Shown here: piece by piece, positions 55,332-64,000 of the stretch
Position numbering within the stretch: the stretch's first letter is position 1
Layout of the letters: every line of letters starts with the position of its first letter
DNA from: Nitrospirota bacterium
GTDB lineage: Bacteria > Nitrospirota > Thermodesulfovibrionia > UBA6902
Assembly (NCBI GenBank): GCA_016234115.1
Contig: JACRHD010000067.1
Span: 13,875 to 77,874, forward strand
Direction: 5' to 3'
DNA length: 64,000 nt
Translations under genes and position numbers: made by a program
The notes under the pieces: generated by a model
Told to the model about the DNA's origin: nothing
The model's database searches: none
What the model saw: only the letters and a program-made list of their open reading frames with translations

Positions 55332-56876
55332 TCATTTTAATATCCCTGCCATCTTCACCCTTAACAAACTTATATTATTAAAAAGGGTATTCCGTTCCTG
55401 CTTGTCAAGAGAAAATATACAGGACAGCCCTATGAAAATGGCAGCGCATGTCAATGCTTCACTCAACAGGAGAAAATAGCTTGTAGGATAGATGTACGTG
55501 AGGCATGCTTTAAGAATAATCAATAATAATACCGCAGGAATTATTACCTTCATATAGGTTTTTCTGACAAAGAGCCTTATCGACAATTTCAGGTTGCGAT
55601 TCGTATAGAATGGCACAAATATCCCATATAATACGATTTGAGGAATTGCCGTGCCCAGCGCAACCCCTATTAACCCAAATTTCCTTACAAGGATAATGCT
55701 TAACAGGAAATTGACAATAGCCGAGATTAAACTTGCATACGACAACTTCTTATGCTTCGAAAGACCAAACAGGACTGAATAGCTTATAAGTTGCGGCAGC
55801 TCAAATAATTGGGAAATTATGAGAATAATCAATACAGGCGCACTCGATGAGCTGTATTTGCTCCCCATCCATAAGGCAATGAACGGCTCGCCGAGCATCA
55901 TTATTCCCAGGCAAAAAAGAATAACAATAATAAGTGTATATTTTGTGCCGGAGATATATAATTTCCGGATTGTTTCATAATCACCGATCGCTTCGTATTC
56001 GCTTATGGCGGGGATAAAGACTCTCGTAAACGCCATGCAGAATTGTTTAAGATACTCTGTCAAACTCCATGCAATTGAAAAGTAAGTTATTGCTGCAGCC
56101 CCCATAAAATAGCCGATAACAAAAGATCCGGTATAATTTGTCAGTTGATTGGCTATCATGTTGATAAAAGTATAAGCGCTATAAGTAAAGATACTTCTGA
56201 GGCCGAATCTGCTGACTTTTTTCAGATCAAAATGTATAAAAGAATACTTCTTTCTCATAAATAAATAAGATATGAACAGCAATGAAAAACTACCTGCCAG
56301 AGCAATAATCCCCATAGATATAAGACCGTATCCCTGTGAGAGAAACAGATAAAACAAAATGGCCCTGCATATCCCGATGACAACTTGAGTCGTATTGATT
56401 ATGTCATACCTCTGTAACCCCTGGAATATCCCCCTGAAGGTACTGCTTATTATCAGGAAAGATACATTAACAGATGTAATAATTACGAGAAGCTTAATAA
56501 TATCTTTCAGGTTCTCTTCAACGGTTACAAGCCTTACAACAATAGCTGCTGTAACAGGACTTAGCAGTAGAATGAAGCCCGCAATAATTGCATATAAGAA
56601 TAAAGCCGAGTTAACGGATGAGAGCAGATTTTCCTTATCGGAGCTACTCTGGAATTTAGAGACATACCTTGTTAGAGCAGAGCCAATACCCATTTCCAAC
56701 AGACTCATATATCCGCTCAAGGCGGCTACTATAGACCATATACCGTATTTTGTGTCACCCAGTGTATGCACCAGAAATGGCGACAGGAAAAATGCTATCG
56801 CAATATTAATAATGTAGCCGCCCCAATTTGCAATGGCATTACTCAGGATTTTTGAAGAGGACTTATTGCTGTTCAT
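55332..56876 (-). CDS. wzx: Wzx/MOP polysaccharide flippase
   Basis: ~14 TM; LGDTKYGIW, MGIGSALTRY, FGLIGVALGT. Confidence 0.88.
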   Translation of the reverse strand: MNSNKSSSKILSNAIANWGGYIINIAIAFFLSPFLVHTLGDTKYGIWSIVAALSGYMSLLEMGIGSALTRYVSKFQSSSDKENLLSSVNSALFLYAIIAGFILLLSPVTAAIVVRLVTVEENLKDIIKLLVIITSVNVSFLIISSTFRGIFQGLQRYDIINTTQVVIGICRAILFYLFLSQGYGLISMGIIALAGSFSLLFISYLFMRKKYSFIHFDLKKVSRFGLRSIFTYSAYTFINMIANQLTNYTGSFVIGYFMGAAAITYFSIAWSLTEYLKQFCMAFTRVFIPAISEYEAIGDYETIRKLYISGTKYTLIIVILFCLGIMMLGEPFIALWMGSKYSSSSAPVLIILIISQLFELPQLISYSVLFGLSKHKKLSYASLISAIVNFLLSIILVRKFGLIGVALGTAIPQIVLYGIFVPFYTNRNLKLSIRLFVRKTYMKVIIPAVLLLIILKACLTYIYPTSYFLLLSEALTCAAIFIGLSCIFSLDKQERNTLFNNISLLRVKMAGILK

Positions 56877-56881
56877 TATGA

Positions 56882-58009
56882 TTAGATTGAAGCAAATAAA
56901 TTATTGTAACATCTGTCATATTCTTTAATCATTCTTTCGAGAGAATATTTCTCCCTTGTCGACTGTCTGCATCTTTGCGACATGTCACGAAGCAGTGAAA
57001 TATCGTTCTTTAACGCTGAAAGCTTACTAAAGAGAATATCAGGCTGCTTTGGTCGAATCAAAAATCCGTTAATACCGTCATCTATCAATACCCTGTTCCC
57101 GCCTACGTCAGTTGCTATGACGGGTAACCCGGCAGCCATTGCCTCCACAATTGTATTCGAGAAGCCTTCGTAAAGTGATGTCTGAACATATATATCCATG
57201 ATTTGCAGAAATCTGCGAACGCTGCTCTGATATCCCGCGAAGATTATATTATTAGAAACTCGAGTTCCGGATACGGCTTTCTTCAGTAAAGAACGCTCCG
57301 AGCCGTCTCCGACAATTATCAATTTGGATTTAATGAATTTATCGGTAAACAATTCGAATGCTTGAATCAACGTTATATAATTCTTCACAGGATCAAGACG
57401 CCCCACTGACCCTATGACGAAATCATCCTCTTCAATGCCCAGTTCTCTCTTAGTTTCTTTAATATCCTCTCTATGGCTGAAATGCTCAATATTTACCCCA
57501 TTATGTATGATTTGCACCATATCCGAATTAACCCCAAATCGAGCGCATAACTCCTCTTTCATTGGTTCTGCCAGCGTAATAACTTTGTCGACAAGCATAA
57601 TTCCTATTTTCTCCGCATAATGCCTTCGCCTCTTGTAGGAAGAAAGTTCATCATAACTCTTCCCGTGAAAACCATAAATGATTTTTTTTGCATTCGCAAG
57701 CTTACTGCCCAATATACCTTCTATCAGGGTCGGCCAGCCTCTTAAATGAACAATTCTGATATTATGCTCCCTAAAAGCCTTCCTCAATTTAAATGGAATC
57801 GTTATGTCATTGCCTTCCTTCTTATTCAGGTCGACTATCGTATAATTCGGAACTCTTATTCTTTCTTCAAACTGCCTTTCTTTAGTCAGGCTGCAAATCA
57901 AATGGAAATATTTTTCTGTATTTAGGCCGTTAATAATGTTGACTATCCCATTTTCCATCCCACCATCTCCTAATGACGGAGTAACATGGGCAATATTTAT
58001 TTTCTTCAT
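56882..58009 (-). CDS. Glycosyltransferase family 4
   Basis: GGMENG, IHNGV, VGRLDPVKN, EGFSNTIVEAMAAGLPV. Confidence 0.92.
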   Translation of the reverse strand: MKKINIAHVTPSLGDGGMENGIVNIINGLNTEKYFHLICSLTKERQFEERIRVPNYTIVDLNKKEGNDITIPFKLRKAFREHNIRIVHLRGWPTLIEGILGSKLANAKKIIYGFHGKSYDELSSYKRRRHYAEKIGIMLVDKVITLAEPMKEELCARFGVNSDMVQIIHNGVNIEHFSHREDIKETKRELGIEEDDFVIGSVGRLDPVKNYITLIQAFELFTDKFIKSKLIIVGDGSERSLLKKAVSGTRVSNNIIFAGYQSSVRRFLQIMDIYVQTSLYEGFSNTIVEAMAAGLPVIATDVGGNRVLIDDGINGFLIRPKQPDILFSKLSALKNDISLLRDMSQRCRQSTREKYSLERMIKEYDRCYNNLFASI

Positions 58010-58010
58010 A

Positions 58011-59201
58011 TTAGCGACCATTGAAGTGGGATGCAGCAAAGGCATTGAATGTATCGGCTATTGTCTCAATATCAATTCCATTAAGTTGCTGATGCACTGG
58101 AAGACCCAATAAATGAGCAGACAAATACCCCGCATCAGGAAAATCAGGAACAGATAGAGTTTTGTGATGGAACCGGCCAAAGACAAATGGATAAAGTCCC
58201 GCGCGATTCATTTCAGCGACGAGCGTGTCCCGTTTCTCAACGGAAATAACAAAACAGAGGGGACATACCCCTTCATCCATAGCCTGAAACATGATTTTTA
58301 CTTTCTCTGAAGCCCTGATCATCTCACTCAACAGCAGATAATTATGCCTTCTCTGCTTAACCGTCTCCTCATATGATTCCTTGTTGAGTAAAGGCATTGA
58401 AAGCGCGCTAATGGCATTATGGTAATCATATCTCGGCACTTCATAATACCAGCGCATATCTTTTCCTGCAGTGTCTGAAGGATCTTCTGCGTTACCGCCG
58501 TTCATGGCACGGTACAGATCGAGTAACCCGGATGATATTTTCCCCGTTATAGATTTATCCACTGCCTTATATTCAAGCACCGACTTTATTGTAGTTTTGA
58601 GAAGCGCCGGCTCAAAGAACTTCCTGCCTGGCAAAGGATCGGGAAGGTCCCCGGCATTACAGAGCAGTCCTCCTCCGTTAGGTAAGGCAATTGTCTTTTG
58701 GAGGCTGTAAATTCCGAAAGCTCCAAAGCTCCCAAGCCATTTCCAGTTATATTGTGAATAAAGCGCATGGGCGCAATCTTCTATCAGCAACAACTTCTTG
58801 TCCCGGCAAAATTCCAGTACCTTCCCCATATTCTGAGGAAATCCAAAGTAATGAATGACTACCAAAGCCCGCGTCTGATTAATTACGCGTCGGTCAAGAT
58901 CATTAAAATCAACACCCAAATCTTTTCTTATATTGTAAAAATCAACCTGATAACCGGCTCGCATAACGGCTTCAACCTCAACCCCGCAGTGAAATGAAGG
59001 AACAAGCACCCTGCTGTTTTGCGGCAAGCATGTTGCTTTCATAGCATAATATAGAGCCGCTCTTCCAGAGGCATAAAGGAAGAATCTTTTCTGAGACAAA
59101 ATCGGATCCGACGCTTCCCGGTTCCTGATATAATTTAGCGGATTAATATTTGGAAATGAACTGATATTGCGGATCATGGCTCTTACGTCTGAAGCTTTCA
59201 T
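58011..59201 (-). CDS. DegT-like PLP-dependent aminotransferase
   Basis: SGRAAL, IHYFG, IEDCAHA, YSLQKT, LPVHQ. Confidence 0.85.
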   Translation of the reverse strand: MKASDVRAMIRNISSFPNINPLNYIRNREASDPILSQKRFFLYASGRAALYYAMKATCLPQNSRVLVPSFHCGVEVEAVMRAGYQVDFYNIRKDLGVDFNDLDRRVINQTRALVVIHYFGFPQNMGKVLEFCRDKKLLLIEDCAHALYSQYNWKWLGSFGAFGIYSLQKTIALPNGGGLLCNAGDLPDPLPGRKFFEPALLKTTIKSVLEYKAVDKSITGKISSGLLDLYRAMNGGNAEDPSDTAGKDMRWYYEVPRYDYHNAISALSMPLLNKESYEETVKQRRHNYLLLSEMIRASEKVKIMFQAMDEGVCPLCFVISVEKRDTLVAEMNRAGLYPFVFGRFHHKTLSVPDFPDAGYLSAHLLGLPVHQQLNGIDIETIADTFNAFAASHFNGR

Positions 59202-59203
59202 CC

Positions 59204-60202
59204 TTACATCCCGGATACCGACAACCTGAAACGCGCCGGATATGAAGTAAGATCGTTCCCAGCAGGTATTCTTCCTATTCGATAGGGTGTATGCTTGCCG
59301 GTTTCATAAAGAGATGACTCTGTCGTAAATGCACATACGTAACCGCATTTCTTCAAATACTCCACATGCCGTTCATTAAAATCAATTTCCGGCTTGCCGT
59401 TCGGATAGCAAAAACTCAGAACTTCTCTCCCGAGTATTCGAGACAGCCTCTCTCTCGGCTCCCTAATTTCCTTTCCCCAATCTCCCTCGTTAATATTCGT
59501 TAAAATGCTATGCCCTGCAGTATGAACGCCGAATTCTATAATGTCGGATTTTTCCATCTCAAGAACTTGCGTCCATGTCAGCATTTTAAAGTCATCAGGC
59601 AAAGGTTCCCGACTTCCGGCATTTCTCCTCAGGTTATCCATCATCAGGTTTCTGTCATTCTCGGATATCCTTTTCATTTTATTTACAGTATAAACATATA
59701 CGTCCCAAACATTGTCATTTCCGGGCATACTCCCGCGACATACGTCGATCTTTCCCAAATCCTTACCCTCTTTAATCATTTTCTTTATTAGAAAAAACAA
59801 TTCATCAAACCAAAAAACCTTATCGGTATCCATGAAATCCATCGTTAAGAATATTGCGGCTGGAACTTCATGCTGCCTTAATAAAGGGAAAGCAACAGAG
59901 TAATTATTCTGCAATCCATCATCGAAAGTTATTAAAGCCGCTCTATCCGGCAATTCTTCTCCGTGCCGAACACACGATATCACTTCGCTTAAAGACAATA
60001 TATTATATTCAGATTTAAGAAACCTTATTTGTTCTACAAATATTTCCTCCGGTAACTGGGTCCAAACAGGTGGGTCATAGTTTTCCCTGGTTATTCCGTG
60101 ATACATGACCACCAAGAGCTTATGTCTGTTCGCATAACGCAATATATAATCAATTCTGCATGCTACTAATATATTGCTGAGTATCTTCTTTATCAGAACC
60201 AA
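59204..60202 (-). CDS. Polysaccharide deacetylase (CE4)
   Basis: VMYHG, ITFDDG, FGVHTAGH, FCYPNG. Confidence 0.9.
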   Translation of the reverse strand: MVLIKKILSNILVACRIDYILRYANRHKLLVVMYHGITRENYDPPVWTQLPEEIFVEQIRFLKSEYNILSLSEVISCVRHGEELPDRAALITFDDGLQNNYSVAFPLLRQHEVPAAIFLTMDFMDTDKVFWFDELFFLIKKMIKEGKDLGKIDVCRGSMPGNDNVWDVYVYTVNKMKRISENDRNLMMDNLRRNAGSREPLPDDFKMLTWTQVLEMEKSDIIEFGVHTAGHSILTNINEGDWGKEIREPRERLSRILGREVLSFCYPNGKPEIDFNERHVEYLKKCGYVCAFTTESSLYETGKHTPYRIGRIPAGNDLTSYPARFRLSVSGM

Positions 60203-60217
60203 TGTATCTTAAACACC

Positions 60218-61360
60218 TCAGCTTCTCTTTTCGGTTGCTCTCTTGCTGAACCCTTCTGTTTTAACCTTTCCGGAGACGAATCTGTCTCTCACGGCCAACA
60301 CTCGGGGGTATAGAGAACTCTTACGAAAAGCGCATACGAGCTGCGGATAAATCCTTTTATTATAAATTACTATCTGTTTTTCCGGCCGATTCGTATCCGT
60401 CCACCTGCGCTTATAAGGTGCATCATACCCCAAATCCATCAACTCAACATCTCCATACCCATAGAGTCTCTCAAGCACATTAAGATGAAGAAGCATTCCG
60501 GGTGAGACGTCAAAATATTTTTCTTTATATCCTGTTTCAATTGCAAAGTATGTTTTCTTGAATCTCGCCCCCGAAAGATAGGCAATCGGTTCCTCATTCA
60601 GATAGAGGAAGGAAACGTCCAGGACCCCTCTACGGGAAAAATTATCCGCCATTGCCTCAAGGAATTTATTCCCTTTTTCATTCGCCGCGAGATGAACGCC
60701 CTTTTCACCTTGCCAGCTTTCGACGCCAATAGACCTGATTTTTTCTAATATACAAGATAAGTCGCGAGCATCTGCATGCTCAAAAAATATTTTGCCCCAC
60801 TCATTTATTCTCCTGCTTTTTTTCCGGTAATTGGCCCTGAAGTTTTTTGACCTTGAATTAAAATAATCTTCATAAGTCCCCTTAATCTCAATCACAGGAT
60901 TCTGCATGTCAATCACCTCATATTTCCGACTTTGCCCCGAAGATATTTCGTTTAATATCTCATTTGACTGAGGACCCAGTCTCGTGAAACTTGCAATATC
61001 CCATTTCACTTTCTTCTCAAGCTCTGCAAACAACCCCGTAATTATCTCCTGTTGCGCAGTTAAAATGGGAAAGTCTTCCCTGCCGAAGCCTTTACCCATA
61101 AAGCCCAGTCTGCGAACCGGGAAACCGCTAAATTTTTCTTTCTGGACCGTCAAGGGGATAATACCGACTAATGAGTCGTCCTGATATGCCAGGAAAACAA
61201 ACACTTCTTCATTTTCCGCGTAAACGTCCCACCAGTCGGTCAGCCAGCCATGATCCAGATAGTAAGCCTCGGGGAAATGACGGGCGACAAAAGCATCCCA
61301 TGTGTCCTTTATGGATGAAAATTGTTCTGTACCTGTGAGACACTTTATCTTAATCATCAT
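60218..61360 (-). CDS. CelD/BcsL-like GNAT acyltransferase
   Basis: WLTDWW, LVGIIPL, RSKNFR, SPGMLL, YKRRW. Confidence 0.82.
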   Translation of the reverse strand: MMIKIKCLTGTEQFSSIKDTWDAFVARHFPEAYYLDHGWLTDWWDVYAENEEVFVFLAYQDDSLVGIIPLTVQKEKFSGFPVRRLGFMGKGFGREDFPILTAQQEIITGLFAELEKKVKWDIASFTRLGPQSNEILNEISSGQSRKYEVIDMQNPVIEIKGTYEDYFNSRSKNFRANYRKKSRRINEWGKIFFEHADARDLSCILEKIRSIGVESWQGEKGVHLAANEKGNKFLEAMADNFSRRGVLDVSFLYLNEEPIAYLSGARFKKTYFAIETGYKEKYFDVSPGMLLHLNVLERLYGYGDVELMDLGYDAPYKRRWTDTNRPEKQIVIYNKRIYPQLVCAFRKSSLYPRVLAVRDRFVSGKVKTEGFSKRATEKRS

Positions 61361-62520
61361 CTGATATGTGTCCCATTGACGATGTTCCTATAGTATTCTT
61401 CAATGATCTGCAGTCTCCTGCTGAAAGAAAATATCTCTTCGATTCTTTTCCTTCCGGCCGTTGATACTTTCTCTCCTGCTTCTCTATTTTTTATAAGCTC
61501 CATAATCTTACTTGCAATACCTTCTATGTCGCCTATGTTGAATAAAAAAGCAGACTCACCGTTTACAACCATTTCAGGGATGCCCCCGACATTTGTAGAA
61601 ACTACAGGGATGCCCAAGGACATTGCCTCAAGCATGGTATTAGGGATGCCTTCTGTCAGCGAAGTCATAAGGAACAGATCAAATGAGCAATATACATTGA
61701 TCAGATCGCTGCGGAATCCGGTAAATATGACCCTGTCCTTTACTCCAAGCTTATCAGCATAAGAAACGAGTTCGTCCTTTTCATCCCTCTTACCATCTCC
61801 GACAATTACAAAATAAGCATTGGGCATCTCGCCGGCAATAGTTTCTGCTACATTGAGAAACGTACCATAGTCCTTTTCCTCGCTGATCCTTCCTACTGTT
61901 CCAACCACATAAGCATTTTCAGGAATATTCCACTCTTTCTTTAATGACGGATGCTGTCCTGTATTGCGCCATCGCTTCTCGTCAATTCCGTTATATATAA
62001 CTCTGATCTTGTCGGCGGTTATCCCGCTCTCGACCATCAAAGACTTGGTCGCCCCTGAAACAGCTATGAGATTTTCAAATCTTCGCAAGGTCCTGAGGTG
62101 TATCCTCTTATAAAGACTGCCTTTTAAACTATTGGTAATCCACCCGTGTGCCGTTGAAAGCAAACGGACTTTCGGGTTTAAAATTCCAAGAATATACGCC
62201 AGCATGTCTGTCTTGACATCATGGCCATGGATTATATCAATATCGAACTCTTTAACAATACTGTTAAGTTCGATAATACATTTGACGTCAATCTTGCTTC
62301 TATCCAGAACTTCAATGTACTTGAATCCCCGTCCCCCGGCCATTTTGCCTATCTGGAAATTATTGTCGCGAATATCCCTTAGATACACTACGACAGGATT
62401 TACAAGGGCCTTATTATGCTTTTCTGCGGAAAGTAATATTGTTTTATCCGGACCGCCTCCGGTCGTATAAGTCCCCCGCAGTTCCATAAGGTTAATTGGC
62501 TTGTCAATACTGGACGGCAT
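61357..62520 (-). CDS. Glycosyltransferase family 4
   Basis: GGGPDK, TAHGW, VGRISEEK, EGIPNTMLEAM. Confidence 0.92.
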   Translation of the reverse strand: MPSSIDKPINLMELRGTYTTGGGPDKTILLSAEKHNKALVNPVVVYLRDIRDNNFQIGKMAGGRGFKYIEVLDRSKIDVKCIIELNSIVKEFDIDIIHGHDVKTDMLAYILGILNPKVRLLSTAHGWITNSLKGSLYKRIHLRTLRRFENLIAVSGATKSLMVESGITADKIRVIYNGIDEKRWRNTGQHPSLKKEWNIPENAYVVGTVGRISEEKDYGTFLNVAETIAGEMPNAYFVIVGDGKRDEKDELVSYADKLGVKDRVIFTGFRSDLINVYCSFDLFLMTSLTEGIPNTMLEAMSLGIPVVSTNVGGIPEMVVNGESAFLFNIGDIEGIASKIMELIKNREAGEKVSTAGRKRIEEIFSFSRRLQIIEEYYRNIVNGTHIR

Positions 62521-62528
62521 ATTTACGA

Positions 62529-63074
62529 CTATTCCCGATATGACCTTTTCCTGTTTATTACTCCAGGATTACCAACTACACAGCAATCATCCGGGACAGA
62601 TTCCCGGACCACAGAATTGGCCCCTATGATGCAGTTGTCTCCGATTGTTATCTCGCCGATTATCTTCGCTCCTGCGCCTATCAATACATTATTGCCGATT
62701 CTTGCAGCGCCGCCTTTTCCTCCCCTGTCGCCGATAGTCACCTCATGATAAACTGAACAGCCCTCGCCCATCTCAACTGAAGGGTGAAAAATAATTCCTC
62801 CGAAATGATGTATCCTGAAGCCCTTGCCGATCCTGCATTCAACCGGGATTGAGATGCCGGTTGTAATTTCTACAAACCTTTCAATTATGAAGCGGAGAGG
62901 CTGTGAAGGAATTCTTTTTATGTGAAACCACCGGAAAAACCGATATACCAGTATCGCCTGAAAGCCCTGAGATAATATTCCCCTGATTAAAGTTCTGGCA
63001 GAAATGTTGCCGTCACTGAGTCTTCCAAGGTCGGCTGATATATTTTCAAACATTTCGGTAATCATTTGCCCCAA
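62529..63074 (-). CDS. Hexapeptide-repeat O-acetyltransferase (CysE-like)
   Basis: TGISI, IGKGFRIHHFGGI, IGAGAKIIG, IGANSVV, VVGNP. Confidence 0.88.
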   Translation of the reverse strand: MGQMITEMFENISADLGRLSDGNISARTLIRGILSQGFQAILVYRFFRWFHIKRIPSQPLRFIIERFVEITTGISIPVECRIGKGFRIHHFGGIIFHPSVEMGEGCSVYHEVTIGDRGGKGGAARIGNNVLIGAGAKIIGEITIGDNCIIGANSVVRESVPDDCCVVGNPGVINRKRSYRE

Positions 63075-63116
63075 GGGTCACGAACACCCTGCGGTCTATG
63101 GCCTGCGGCAATAGCT

Positions 63117-64000
63117 CTATGTCTCAATAAATTCTTCAAACCATAACGAAAACATAAAAAGCGACCAGAGCACTGTTCCATAATTCGCCTTGTGCATCCG
63201 GTGCTTTTCCCATATTTCCATTATTTCTGGCACATTAAAAAAATCACTCATATAATCTTTGCTGAACAGATAATCATAAGCCATATGTTTCAGTTCCACT
63301 CTGAACCAGTTGTCGAGGGGGACCTCAAAGCCATGCTTTCTTCTGTTCATTATCTCAGAAGTAAGTATCTTTCCGAAGGCCTCTTTCAGTATTATTTTCT
63401 TGCTCTTCCCTTTCACTTTTAACATAGAGGGCACCTTTGCGGCAAACTCAATTACCTTGTGATCCAGCAGCGGCGAGCGGACTTCAAGTGAATTTGCCAT
63501 ACTCATTCTGTCAACCTTTACGAGGATATCTCCCGGCAGAAAGGATTTCAGATCAGTATAAAGTATTTTTGAGAAATGGTCGTCACCGTTCGCCCTGTTA
63601 TAATATCTCAGCGTATGTTCGCCGGGATTGTAATCACCGGTTTCTTTTTTCATCACATCGGAAAGGACTCGCCCCAGAAGATCGTCCGGGAAAAAGGTAT
63701 TTGTGATGTAATAACCTTCCGCAGGAGACAGTTTCGCCGTGCTCGACAGGGAATATATCTTCTTCGTGAAACCTTTTTCACTACCGTTAAATACACTGCA
63801 TAATGCATTTAATAGCACATGCGGGACGATACTTCTTACTCTGTTCTCTATCCGGTCGATGCTGTACTTCTCATATCCTCCGAAACTCTCATCGCCGCCG
63901 TCGCCGGAAATAGCGACCGTTACAATCTCCCTTGCCACCCGGCACACATGATAAGTCGGCACCATCGACGAGTCGGCAAACGGTTCATCAAAATGCCACA
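63117..64000 (-). CDS. asnB: Asparagine synthase-like amidotransferase, C-terminal part (runs off the window)
   Basis: DEPFADSS, SGDGGDE, LVKVDRMSMANSLEVRSPLLD, RKHGF. Confidence 0.9.
   Translation of the reverse strand, partial: WHFDEPFADSSMVPTYHVCRVAREIVTVAISGDGGDESFGGYEKYSIDRIENRVRSIVPHVLLNALCSVFNGSEKGFTKKIYSLSSTAKLSPAEGYYITNTFFPDDLLGRVLSDVMKKETGDYNPGEHTLRYYNRANGDDHFSKILYTDLKSFLPGDILVKVDRMSMANSLEVRSPLLDHKVIEFAAKVPSMLKVKGKSKKIILKEAFGKILTSEIMNRRKHGFEVPLDNWFRVELKHMAYDYLFSKDYMSDFFNVPEIMEIWEKHRMHKANYGTVLWSLFMFSLWFEEFIET

Noticed and set aside
1-64000. Selenocysteine readthrough, prophage, IS, integron or anti-phage defence genes
   Set aside because: Redox genes read through without internal TGA, and no transposase, integrase, phage or defence motifs were recognised.

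Overview
A 64 kb bacterial window, by gene content probably an anaerobic Gram-negative organism such as Nitrospirota or Desulfobacterota (inference only). It has two halves. The left part (1 to ~26.2 kb) is GC-richer backbone: a cytochrome c/Fe-S/NrfD respiratory module plus an 11-heme cytochrome, a ferritin/rubrerythrin stress locus with two Lys-rich Cys-motif microproteins (one absent from the ORF track), stand-alone MshEN-like and PilZ proteins, an internally deleted endonuclease V, a giant class A PBP-like protein, def-fmt-PASTA-rpe, queF, thiD and an IorAB-XdhC-MocA molybdoenzyme operon. Many of its intergenic spaces carry palindromic REP-like or 7-nt-period repeats. The right part (~26.2 kb to the end) is AT-richer and lacks these repeats. 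It is a cell-surface locus: a Crp/Fnr regulator, three secreted FN3/Ig proteins, a PEP-CTERM protein, EpsI, an exosortase and a ~30 kb minus-strand Wzx/Wzy-type polysaccharide cluster with sulfation genes, a lipid-carrier/GT-C glycosylation cassette and three large glycan-active proteins. Most unusual: a secreted protein (29952-30923) whose FN3 domain is split by a transmembrane hairpin ending in an internal lipobox, a candidate new anchoring mechanism. No tRNA, rRNA, CRISPR array or transposase was recognised. All calls come from reading motifs by eye, with no database searches.
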